Origin: an uncultured virus (IMG/VR IMGVR_UViG_3300010362_000013)
Taxonomy: Duplodnaviria > Heunggongvirae > Uroviricota > Caudoviricetes
Virus record (IMG/VR): IMGVR_UViG_3300010362_000013
Strand: one strand, 5' to 3'
DNA length: 20,000 nt
The translations under genes and the position numbers were made by a program. Each line of letters starts with the position of its first letter. Positions within the stretch are counted from its first letter, which is position 1. Positions 8,498 through 15,788 of this stretch are shown here, in pieces. The notes below the pieces were generated by a model. That model saw nothing but the letters and a program-made list of their open reading frames with translations. It was not told the origin of the DNA and did not search any database.

Positions 8498-8689
8498 CTA
8501 CCTCACGTCGATCATGGTCAGAACTTCCTTGCCGATGCCAGCGGCATCGCTAATGCGATCAAGCGAGGCTTGCTGATAATGATTCAGTGCGTTAGCACTG
8601 TTGAGCAATTCCTCGCTGGCCTCGTCGAGCGCATAAAGCAGGTTCTCCATGCGCTCGATGAGGTTGGGGGCAGGATTGGGGGCGGCCAT
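8498..8689 (-). CDS. hypothetical protein (63 aa, helical)
   Basis: TAATG overlap with the upstream stop. Confidence 0.75.
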   Translation of the reverse strand: MAAPNPAPNLIERMENLLYALDEASEELLNSANALNHYQQASLDRISDAAGIGKEVLTMIDVR

Positions 8690-8982
8690 TAGATCCGCCC
8701 CACGTACATTCCGGCGCGGGTGAAGGCGTCGTACTTGGCCTCGATCTCATCCATCCGGTAGTGGCCGACGAACAGCGCCGCGTCGCCGTTGCTAGTGATA
8801 TGAACGCGGTGCGTGCCGGACTGCTCCTCATTCGTCCAGGCGACGTGGAATTGGCGCTCCCAGTAATCCTCGCGCTCGCTGGTGAATCCGCCATCAATGA
8901 TGACGAGAGTGCGAGCGTGGATGTACTGCTCAATGGCCTGCTCGACGCGAGCCATGTGATCGGTTGTGTTCTTGTCAATCAT
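8689..8982 (-). CDS. hypothetical protein (~97 aa, MIDKNTTD...)
   Basis: Start re-called to ATG 8982 with GGAGG SD, just after the upstream stop. Confidence 0.75.
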   Translation of the reverse strand: MIDKNTTDHMARVEQAIEQYIHARTLVIIDGGFTSEREDYWERQFHVAWTNEEQSGTHRVHITSNGDAALFVGHYRMDEIEAKYDAFTRAGMYVGRI

Positions 8983-8984
8983 GT

Positions 8985-9182
8985 TCAGCCCTCCATCCAC
9001 AGAACGCGCCTGGCGCTCTGTACTTGCGTGAATGATGCCTGCAAGTGGTCGTAGTCGTTTGCTGACGCGCCAGAGCCACGCGGCTCTACGTCGAGAGCAA
9101 GCTCAATCTCACCCTCGTAGGCGGCAAGTGCCTTGCGCACAGCTTCGCGCTTGGCAACCAGTTTCTTCTCGTCGTACCTCAT
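8985..9182 (-). CDS. hypothetical protein (65 aa, MRYDEKKL...)
   Basis: ATGA overlap at 9179-9182; AGGAGG SD. Confidence 0.75.
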   Translation of the reverse strand: MRYDEKKLVAKREAVRKALAAYEGEIELALDVEPRGSGASANDYDHLQASFTQVQSARRVLWMEG

Positions 9183-9481
9183 GCGGTCTTTGTCCTCCTG
9201 TGCTGCTCGATGTGGTCGCTGAGTTCGGTGTGGAAGTTGCGCAGGATTACTGCCATCTGCTTCCACGTCCGGCTCACGTTTGCAGGAATCTCGTACTGCT
9301 CGCGCAGCGCCTTGAGCGTCGGATGCTGTTTGGCGATACCGGGCAGGAAGAATCCTGTCTTGGACTTGAACTCAGCATTCTGCGTCTGGACGAGCAGAAT
9401 AATCATGTTGACAGTTTTGATATTCCCACTAGGGAATTGCACGTCGATGTCAGCGCCGGGCAGGTTGCCGATGGTAGGCAT
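9179..9481 (-). CDS. hypothetical protein (100 aa)
   Basis: ORF track; GAGGAG SD. Confidence 0.8.
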   Translation of the reverse strand: MPTIGNLPGADIDVQFPSGNIKTVNMIILLVQTQNAEFKSKTGFFLPGIAKQHPTLKALREQYEIPANVSRTWKQMAVILRNFHTELSDHIEQHRRTKTA

Positions 9482-9483
9482 AT

Positions 9484-9645
9484 TTACTCCTCGTACTCGA
9501 TTTCAATTCCGCTTATGCGCAACACGTTGGCGCAGAAGGCAATGTCCTCGACAAGTTCGTCGTCAAGATGCATTTCCCACGCTTCCATGATGGCTTCGAT
9601 GAGCGCTTCGATGCGCTCAGTCCTCGTACTCCTCGTCATCTTCAT
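9484..9645 (-). CDS. small acidic hypothetical protein (~53 aa, ...RIEALIEAIMEAWEMHLDDELVEDIAFCANVLRISGIEIEYEE), absent from the ORF track
   Basis: Read manually; fills the gap. The start is uncertain (9645 or 9639) and overlaps the upstream gene. Confidence 0.6.
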   Translation of the reverse strand: MKMTRSTRTERIEALIEAIMEAWEMHLDDELVEDIAFCANVLRISGIEIEYEE

Positions 9646-9868
9646 CGTCGTCACTACTGCGAAGATGATCTTCCACCTCCTCGCGCAGTGCGGTCAGAGT
9701 GCGCGGGATGCGCGGCTCGTCGGCGGCGTGATCCCACACATTGATGACATCGAAGGCTTGGAAGTCACCGTCGGTATCAATGACGCCGAGATCGATGTAC
9801 TCGCCGCCGTGCCAGCGGGCTACCAGCCCTGTGTCTTCGTCTTCGTACTGCATGTATGCGTCAGGCAT
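9617..9868 (-). CDS. extremely acidic hypothetical protein (83 aa)
   Basis: ORF track; AAGGAG SD; ends SSDDDEDDEEYED. Confidence 0.85.
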   Translation of the reverse strand: MPDAYMQYEDEDTGLVARWHGGEYIDLGVIDTDGDFQAFDVINVWDHAADEPRIPRTLTALREEVEDHLRSSDDDEDDEEYED

Positions 9869-9878
9869 GTTTCTCCTT

Positions 9879-10055
9879 TCAGACAGCGAGCGTGATGTCC
9901 AGATGCACGCGGTCGCCTTCGGCGGTCAGTGGTTCGACGATGTATTGCTCAGCGTCACCGCCGATCCATGAATGAGCGCGGTGCTTGGCATCCTCACGGC
10001 CACGCGCCCAAGTGACAACATTGATGTTGCCAAACTTGACGAGAAACAGGATCAT
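9879..10055 (-). CDS. hypothetical protein (58 aa, MILFLVKFGNINVVTWARGREDAKHRAHSW...), absent from the ORF track
   Basis: Read manually; TAATG overlap at 10055; AGGAG SD. Confidence 0.75.
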   Translation of the reverse strand: MILFLVKFGNINVVTWARGREDAKHRAHSWIGGDAEQYIVEPLTAEGDRVHLDITLAV

Positions 10056-10273
10056 TACTTCTCCTGTCCGAAATCAGCCATTTTGCCATCCCAAGCGACA
10101 AGGTGAATGCGCTTGCTCGGGATCGGAATGACAGCGACGGTACCGTTGCCGAGGTTGGTTTCCTCGACGCGGCAGCCATTGCGCGCGCCGGGACGCTCGG
10201 CAAGCTCACCAATGATCTTCATTTGCGACTTGCTCAGAACGATTTGAGCCTGCTTGGTGTTAGTGACAGGCAT
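10055..10273 (-). CDS. hypothetical protein (72 aa)
   Basis: ORF track; AAGGAG SD. Confidence 0.8.
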   Translation of the reverse strand: MPVTNTKQAQIVLSKSQMKIIGELAERPGARNGCRVEETNLGNGTVAVIPIPSKRIHLVAWDGKMADFGQEK

Positions 10274-10281
10274 GATTCTCC

Positions 10282-10647
10282 TTAGAGTTGGATGTTTGCT
10301 GGAACGAGAATGCGATTCGCACGCTCGTCAATGATGATGTCGGAGAGCAGTACTCCCCACCCGCAGTTGTAGTGCCATATCTTCGCCGTACGGTGGCGCG
10401 GGAAGTAGTCACCGTAAATGCTGTTGTTGCCGTCGCCGTTTACGTATTCCTGTGTGATCGGCTGCTTGCAGTGAACGCATGTTGGCGTACCGATAGCGGC
10501 CACGAACCGCTTGTAGCCAAGCGGCGTTAGGATGAACGAGATCCGATTGCGGTACCGCTTGGTGGCGGCGGGAAGGTCGTGCAAGTTGTCAACCTTCCAG
10601 TATGCCCAATTGTTGCCGGGCGAACGCGGCTTGAATACAGTCTGCAT
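10282..10647 (-). CDS. hypothetical protein with a CxxC...HxxC Zn-finger motif (121 aa, MQTVFKPR...)
   Basis: Start re-called to 10647 (GACAGGAG SD); CVHCKQPI ... WHYNC. Confidence 0.8.
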   Translation of the reverse strand: MQTVFKPRSPGNNWAYWKVDNLHDLPAATKRYRNRISFILTPLGYKRFVAAIGTPTCVHCKQPITQEYVNGDGNNSIYGDYFPRHRTAKIWHYNCGWGVLLSDIIIDERANRILVPANIQL

Positions 10648-10669
10648 GGAACTCCTGTCGTCGTTGTTG

Positions 10670-11704
10670 TCAAGCAATTGGTGCGGTCGGCACCAATCGA
10701 TTCTGCATGTACTTGCGCAGTGCTCTGCGCACAGCGTCGTAGGGCTTGCTGCCGGACGGACGGCCACCCATCGTTCCTTCCTCCGTCATATCGAGCCATA
10801 TTGCGACACCGACTGGCTGATAGCCAGCTTCGACCAGCGCATTGACGGCCAGTGACGGCACGTAGTAGTGCTCGTCCATGTGTGAGGTGAGGTGATCGCT
10901 GCCGCTGAAATCGCCCATGACAACACCCTTGTCATTCTTCATGAGGCAATACCAGCAGTCGCCACCGTTCGGCATCGGCATGCCTTGTGAAAGCTGTGCG
11001 ATGTACTCACCGATGTACTTGTCGATGGACTTCTTCACACGCTTGACTTCGGCCTCATGGCGGCGCAGCTTGGCAGGGGAGGGACCGCTTTTCCTGACAC
11101 GGGGCGCATAGCCGTCACTATTGACGACGATCCCGTCATAAAACGGGACGTGATTGCGCGCCCACCACTCGCGGTCGGCCTTGAGATACGCTTTGCGAGC
11201 GCGATGCTGGACGGCGCGCTCGGTCCGCCACACGCCAACGTTGTTGCTGAAACGCTCCATCATTTTGTCGTACTGACGTTGGCGCTTCTTAGTGTAGTAG
11301 TCAGCGTGGTAATCGAACCACGGGTTGTCACCCTGCTCGTAATCGTCCGGGCGAGCGAACGGCGCAGGAATGGCGGGCCACACAACTTCCGGCTTCGGGT
11401 CGTCCTTGCGCGGCTCGATCCGCACGTACCACTCACCCTTTTCGGAAACGAGCGTGCTCCAAACCGGTGCGTAGGTGCGCATCCGCTGTAGCGTAGTGAC
11501 GGTTCGCCAGCGACCGTCAGTGTTCAGCGTGTAGGTGCCATCGGTATTGATGACAATGATGAACGTGTTGTGCAGCTTGATTGAATAGCTGCCGTCCTCG
11601 TTGGCGAACAGCCGCGTGTTGTTGGCAAGCGGCTTGCCATTGGTCTGACTGCGGGCAGTGCGCATCTGCTGCGCAGCCCACTCGGTGTTGTAGAAATGCT
11701 GCAT
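10670..11704 (-). CDS. conserved phage hypothetical protein (344 aa)
   Basis: ORF track; GGAGG SD. The N-terminal LANNT...KLHNT...TLNT.G.W.TVTT..RM pattern is reminiscent of phage proteins; GDCWYC...H...H lies near the C-terminus. Confidence 0.9.
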   Translation of the reverse strand: MQHFYNTEWAAQQMRTARSQTNGKPLANNTRLFANEDGSYSIKLHNTFIIVINTDGTYTLNTDGRWRTVTTLQRMRTYAPVWSTLVSEKGEWYVRIEPRKDDPKPEVVWPAIPAPFARPDDYEQGDNPWFDYHADYYTKKRQRQYDKMMERFSNNVGVWRTERAVQHRARKAYLKADREWWARNHVPFYDGIVVNSDGYAPRVRKSGPSPAKLRRHEAEVKRVKKSIDKYIGEYIAQLSQGMPMPNGGDCWYCLMKNDKGVVMGDFSGSDHLTSHMDEHYYVPSLAVNALVEAGYQPVGVAIWLDMTEEGTMGGRPSGSKPYDAVRRALRKYMQNRLVPTAPIA

Positions 11705-11737
11705 GATTCCTCCGGTTGGTTTCAGTAAGTATGTTGA

Positions 11738-12271
11738 CTACGCCGGGTGGTTGGCTTCGACTGTGAAGTACCCGATTTGCAGGGGAATGTCGTCACCAGA
11801 TTGCGCGAGAAAGCGCTCGATGTGCTGTCCTTGCACACCGGCGTTGGTCAGATACTCGCGTGCTTCCTTGGTATCGAGATCCTGAACGAGCAGCTTGCCA
11901 GCGTCGGCATCGTAGACAGCAAAGATGACATCGGCATACAGTCCGAAGTCGCCATCGTTCCACTGCCACGAATAGCCCTGCGGGATCTTCGGCGGGTTGT
12001 TCTGGAACTTGATCGGGCGATCCTTGCCTTCGTTGTCACCACAGTTGAGCCAGTTCAGCGCGTCGTCGGCAAGCTCGGTCAGACCCTCATGCGGGAAGTT
12101 CTCGTCACCATCGTAGTCCTCGTACACAGCAACCGCGAACTTCTCGAATGTGCCGATGATGAAACCCCAACTCACTGCAAGCTCGATCATATCGCGGGTG
12201 ATGTAGTGACCGCGATGGTTGTCAAGATAGCAGCCGGTGTCGTTTTCGGTGAAGGTGATGCGATCTGTCAT
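11738..12271 (-). CDS. acidic hypothetical protein (177 aa)
   Basis: ORF track; GAGGAG SD; ATGA overlap. Confidence 0.85.
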   Translation of the reverse strand: MTDRITFTENDTGCYLDNHRGHYITRDMIELAVSWGFIIGTFEKFAVAVYEDYDGDENFPHEGLTELADDALNWLNCGDNEGKDRPIKFQNNPPKIPQGYSWQWNDGDFGLYADVIFAVYDADAGKLLVQDLDTKEAREYLTNAGVQGQHIERFLAQSGDDIPLQIGYFTVEANHPA

Positions 12272-12561
12272 GATTGCTCCTCTGTGTCGGTTGTGCAGAT
12301 TGCGCCGAACTTGTCGGCGTAGTCTTCAAGCGCGATTGCCGCTGCCTTGGTAGGTGTGGCAGCGTGGCCGTAGCCAACGCTCATCGGTACGATGCCGCGA
12401 TAGATCTCGTCCTCAGCGGCGCGGAGCACAAAGCTATCGTTGGCGCTGCTCATGACATATGCGCGGTAGTAGCCCATCTGCTCGTTGCACTTGTTGAACT
12501 TGCGCGGGTTGTTGACAGGGGTGATGCGGATAACGATATCCTGTGTTACGTCAAGAATCAT
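12268..12561 (-). CDS. hypothetical protein (97 aa, MILDVTQD...)
   Basis: TAATG overlap at 12561; AAGGAG SD. Confidence 0.8.
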   Translation of the reverse strand: MILDVTQDIVIRITPVNNPRKFNKCNEQMGYYRAYVMSSANDSFVLRAAEDEIYRGIVPMSVGYGHAATPTKAAAIALEDYADKFGAICTTDTEEQS

Positions 12562-12773
12562 TAGTGGTTCTCCTTGAATCCGAGGATCAATGCTGCGGTT
12601 CGCGCAGCAATCTTGTATTCGTCCGCGCCGAATTGCGCAGCGGTGTCGGAAATGAGCGGGCAATCCCACTCATCCCACATGCCTTGGCTCATGTACGCGA
12701 GCACCTTGTCGGCAAGCTCGCCATCATTGGCAAAGGCGTTGAGGATCTCTAGTGCTGTCAGGTCGCTCAACAT
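12561..12773 (-). CDS. acidic hypothetical protein (70 aa)
   Basis: ORF track; GAGGA SD. Confidence 0.8.
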   Translation of the reverse strand: MLSDLTALEILNAFANDGELADKVLAYMSQGMWDEWDCPLISDTAAQFGADEYKIAARTAALILGFKENH

Positions 12774-13087
12774 TCGTCCTCTCCGGGTCGCTCGGCGGCA
12801 CCCTCAATCGTGCGCCACTCGGCGTCCTCGTCTGTGTAAACAGTGTCAACCTCGCCGCCGCTTTTCTCCCACTGCTGTAGCGCAATCAGGATTGCGGGGT
12901 CCGGCTCAAAGCAGGCAGGGATGCCGATTTGCTCAGGATCGCTGACGCCGGGAATCTGCTTGAGTCCGTACAGCGCCTCATACGCGCCGTTACCGAGTAC
13001 CTGAAAGACGAGCGTGAGCTTGCTCTGTGTGTGACGGACGGCTAGTTGCTCGGCGTCCTCATCGACGGCAAAGACGATGTAAGCCAT
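12767..13087 (-). CDS. acidic hypothetical protein (106 aa)
   Basis: ORF track; coupled to neighbours. Confidence 0.8.
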   Translation of the reverse strand: MAYIVFAVDEDAEQLAVRHTQSKLTLVFQVLGNGAYEALYGLKQIPGVSDPEQIGIPACFEPDPAILIALQQWEKSGGEVDTVYTDEDAEWRTIEGAAERPGEDEC

Positions 13088-13089
13088 AT

Positions 13090-13311
13090 TTACCTAACCT
13101 TGTTCGCTTTGGTCTTTTTCAGCTTGGCGTCGTAACCGCTGCTTGATAATCCAATGATGCCGGTGTCGCTTAGTGCTTCGGCAACATCACGCAGCCCCTT
13201 GTCAGCGCCAGCTTTGTTGTCAGCTTTCACGTTGTATGTCAGCGTGACGGTGCCTACGAACGTTTTGTCGTACTCGAAGTAGTCACCATCGAAGCGATGA
13301 ACTATATGCAT
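13090..13311 (-). CDS. hypothetical protein (73 aa)
   Basis: ORF track; GGAGG SD. Confidence 0.75.
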   Translation of the reverse strand: MHIVHRFDGDYFEYDKTFVGTVTLTYNVKADNKAGADKGLRDVAEALSDTGIIGLSSSGYDAKLKKTKANKVR

Positions 13312-13314
13312 TGC

Positions 13315-13713
13315 TTACACCTCCGCCATCATGGCCGCGATCTTGAATGCAGCCTCGTCGTTGTCAGTAATGATCTCGACTAGCCCACTGCCGTCGCAGA
13401 CACTCTGCTTGTCGTCGTGCCACATGCAAGGCATGGTGCCCATTGCATATGGGAAGTAGTCGCCAAGCTTGTCTTGTTCCTCCTCGCTCAGCGCGTCGTA
13501 ACGTTCCCATTCTGCACGTCGCGCGATGTCCTGCTCGGTGGCGAGTCGGTGATAGTCGCGGCTGGCACCGTAGGCTGAACCGTCTGGACGCAGGCAAACG
13601 CTGTACGTACCAATGATGTCGCCATTATAGACGACATAGAAGATGTCGAAGTAGCCATCGCCTCTGGCTTGCTTGAGTTTTTGCGCGAACATTAGCTTCA
13701 CCTCATTTTCCAT
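13315..13713 (-). CDS. hypothetical protein (132 aa)
   Basis: ORF track; TAATG overlap. Confidence 0.8.
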   Translation of the reverse strand: MENEVKLMFAQKLKQARGDGYFDIFYVVYNGDIIGTYSVCLRPDGSAYGASRDYHRLATEQDIARRAEWERYDALSEEEQDKLGDYFPYAMGTMPCMWHDDKQSVCDGSGLVEIITDNDEAAFKIAAMMAEV

Positions 13714-13973
13714 TAGAAGGGGATGTCGTCAGTAGTGTCACGCGGCGGCCACTGAATGACCTGAACGAGACTCCTATCGTGGTGATAGCTGTCAACAATC
13801 CTACGCGCCTTGGCGAACAGCGGATCGTCAGCCACTCTGTAACCGTCATAAGCCGGTCCCCATTCGTAAGGGTCATATCCAAGCGAGGCAGCGCCGGAAC
13901 CGTACTCGGCGCGCTGCTCGGACTCTGCTTCGTGTGCGTGATCGATGTACTCGAACGCTTCGTCAAGTGTCAT
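13713..13973 (-). CDS. acidic hypothetical protein (86 aa) ending in DDIPF
   Basis: ORF track; AAGGA SD; C-terminus TTDDIPF. Confidence 0.8.
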   Translation of the reverse strand: MTLDEAFEYIDHAHEAESEQRAEYGSGAASLGYDPYEWGPAYDGYRVADDPLFAKARRIVDSYHHDRSLVQVIQWPPRDTTDDIPF

Positions 13974-14032
13974 TATTGTTTCCTTAGCGTCGTGATGTTA
14001 GGTATGATCCCAGCGGGATATTAGCAGGTTTG

Positions 14033-14054
14033 AAGGCGGGCCGTAGCCCGCCCC
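14033..14054 (-). terminator. GC-rich hairpin with a cUACGg tetraloop, downstream of the collagen-like gene
   Basis: Minus RNA GGGGCGGGC-UACG-GCCCGCCUU; no long U tract. Confidence 0.55.
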
Positions 14055-14066
14055 CATCCCTTGTTT

Positions 14067-14588
14067 CTAGCGACTAGCGCAAACGGCGAATGGCGTGATC
14101 GTTGCAGCCGTGTAGTCCGAGTGATTCCAGACGGAAACCGTCCATGAGGAACCGCTGTCATACGAACGACTGCCCCAGACCTCACCAACGCCGCCGGTGA
14201 TGACAGTCCAGCCGCCCGAAAGCGCCTTCGCGCCAGCGGGGCAGTTGACAGTGTAAGTGTCACCATCATTGACGCCAAGTGTGACAGTGGCACCCTCGAC
14301 GTAAGTCACCTTCGACGGATCAAAGCCGCCAGCCGGACCCTGAACGCCAATACCGGGCGCACCCTGCGGACCCTGAGCACCCTGCGGACCCTGAGCACCC
14401 TTGAGCGCGAGCTTGGCCGATGACGAAAAGTCCTTGGCCGTCAGCGTGCCGTCCTTGATGTTGGCACTGGTAATGGTGTTGCGCTTGATCTGCTTCGCAC
14501 TGGTGATGACAAAGCCGCCATTGGCGACAGCCGTTCCACCGAGAGCGAGCACCATGAGGGCCGCAAGGCCCACGATGTACTTCTTCAT
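14067..14588 (-). CDS. secreted collagen-like (Gly-X-Y) protein (173 aa)
   Basis: Start re-called to 14588 (AAGGAG SD); signal peptide MKKYIVGLAALMVLALGGTAVA; GAQGPQGAQGPQGAPG; C-terminal CPAG..ALSGG...W.V...FAVCA domain. Confidence 0.85.
   Translation of the reverse strand: MKKYIVGLAALMVLALGGTAVANGGFVITSAKQIKRNTITSANIKDGTLTAKDFSSSAKLALKGAQGPQGAQGPQGAPGIGVQGPAGGFDPSKVTYVEGATVTLGVNDGDTYTVNCPAGAKALSGGWTVITGGVGEVWGSRSYDSGSSWTVSVWNHSDYTAATITPFAVCASR
14359..14400 (+). repeat. 18-bp tandem repeat (about 2.3 copies) encoding GAQGPQ
   Basis: gcaccctgcggaccctga x2 plus gcaccc. Confidence 0.9.
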
Positions 14589-14677
14589 GCGTACTCCTTT
14601 GGTTGATTTTCCTGCTAACTGTATTGTCAGCAGCACAGACCTCACTGTGTCAACAATGAGGCTTGTGTTGCTGCCAA

Positions 14678-14971
14678 CTACGCGCAGAGGCCGCGAATCG
14701 GATCGTCTTCGGTCACATAGCGCCAGTGCAGCAGTGTGCCGGGAAGGAAGCCCATTCCCTCACGAATTGGCTCCGCACCCACGAACCACTCGTTGAGCTT
14801 GCCTGCGTAATCGATGGTGAACGATCGCAGGATTACTGTCACTTCGTTCGTCAGCTTGACATGAATATTGTAGTGAACGTCAGGGCCAAAGTGCTTTACG
14901 AGCAACCGGTTGACGAGCGCTTCCATATGCTCGATGCGCCCAGCTTTGATGATGAGTGAGTAGGTATACAT
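14678..14971 (-). CDS. hypothetical protein (97 aa, MYTYSLII...)
   Basis: Start re-called to 14971 (AAGGA SD), just after the upstream stop. Confidence 0.8.
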   Translation of the reverse strand: MYTYSLIIKAGRIEHMEALVNRLLVKHFGPDVHYNIHVKLTNEVTVILRSFTIDYAGKLNEWFVGAEPIREGMGFLPGTLLHWRYVTEDDPIRGLCA

Positions 14972-14975
14972 TTTG

Positions 14976-15263
14976 TCAGTATTCCTTCGTAACGGTGAGT
15001 CCTTCGCGCTCAGCGAAGCGCAGGAAAGTGTCACGCCACGTTCCACGCGGCTGAGTGAGTTTCTGGAAAATGCTGTAGCTGCCACGGTTCCAACCGCGCG
15101 AGCCGTACTGTGCGCGCTCGGGTGACAGCAGGTCGGTGGCGACAAGAATCGCACCGTCAGAGCGCAGTGCATAGCGGCGCTTGATTCGGTAGCCGTCCTT
15201 ATCGGTCCATTCTTTGTGCGCTTGCATCATTTTGACAGCGCCACGGGCATGTATTTTCGCCAT
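14976..15263 (-). CDS. basic hypothetical protein (95 aa)
   Basis: ORF track; GAGGA SD. Confidence 0.8.
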   Translation of the reverse strand: MAKIHARGAVKMMQAHKEWTDKDGYRIKRRYALRSDGAILVATDLLSPERAQYGSRGWNRGSYSIFQKLTQPRGTWRDTFLRFAEREGLTVTKEY

Positions 15264-15316
15264 TATTGTCAGTTTTCCTCTCTATTTTCGGGCAGGGGTA
15301 GTGTCTCACGCTCGGG

Positions 15317-15559
15317 TTAGAGGTGCCAGCCCAATCCGTGCGGATCGAGCACTTGCGGAGCAGAGCACAGGAAGCAGAATTGGAGTATGTCGTCATAGCT
15401 TCCATCGCCCAAGCGGACGGGTTCGACTGCATGCGGTTGGCCGCGATATTCCTTACCGCAGCCATCGCAGCCGAATGTGACCGTGGAGTGATAACCACGG
15501 TGTCCCGGCGCGAGGCGGCAGTTACCGCCACCGCGCACAGGTTCGTTGCATTGTGTCAA
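15317..15559 (-). CDS. small Cys/His-rich putative Zn-binding protein (80 aa)
   Basis: TTG start overlapping the upstream TGA; C-x9-C-x5-H-x3-H followed by CDGC and CFLC. Confidence 0.7.
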   Translation of the reverse strand: MTQCNEPVRGGGNCRLAPGHRGYHSTVTFGCDGCGKEYRGQPHAVEPVRLGDGSYDDILQFCFLCSAPQVLDPHGLGWHL

Positions 15560-15753
15560 AGAAGCCAATCCTTTCTCTGTTGCTCCCGCTTTTCCTTGTG
15601 CTTCCGACTCCACTGCCTAAGCAGTATGCCAACAATGATGGCAATGATGATGAAAGGCACTGGATAGAGGATCGCCAGTGCGATGAGCGGAATGATGACA
15701 AGAATTATTAGCGCGTTTCCTTCGCCATTGCTTATTGGTTTGCGTTTCGCCAT
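15556..15753 (-). CDS. small membrane protein (65 aa)
   Basis: About 32-residue hydrophobic stretch with a central Pro (possible helical hairpin) and a basic tail. Confidence 0.7.
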   Translation of the reverse strand: MAKRKPISNGEGNALIILVIIPLIALAILYPVPFIIIAIIVGILLRQWSRKHKEKREQQRKDWLL

Positions 15754-15788
15754 TACTGACAGGTTTTTGTGGTTACGTGGTTACGCGC

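Noticed and set aside
7779..8576. 265-aa plus-strand ORF
   Set aside because: Antisense shadow of the minus-strand gene 7704..8495. It has no SD, and its V/L/A-rich composition is typical of reverse-frame ORFs in GC-rich DNA.
9487..9631. Short repeat tcctcgtactc at the ends of two adjacent genes
   Set aside because: Explained by Glu-Tyr-Glu codons that double as GAGGA SD-like sequence; too short to be significant.
9032..9895. 287-aa plus-strand ORF
   Set aside because: Overlaps four well-coupled minus-strand genes; R/S-rich, non-protein-like composition.
11305..11323. T-loop-like hairpin CGUGG-UUCGAUUA-CCACG on the minus strand
   Set aside because: Lies inside the 344-aa CDS (encodes PWFDYH), has an 8-nt loop, and no flanking acceptor stem is visible.
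11747..12322. 191-aa plus-strand ORF and the other plus-strand ORFs in the track
   Set aside because: All are antisense to better-supported minus-strand genes that tile the window with SD sites and stop/start overlaps.
13713..13973. Annotation as SSB
   Set aside because: Only the acidic DDIPF tail matches; the protein is short and shows no OB-fold pattern.
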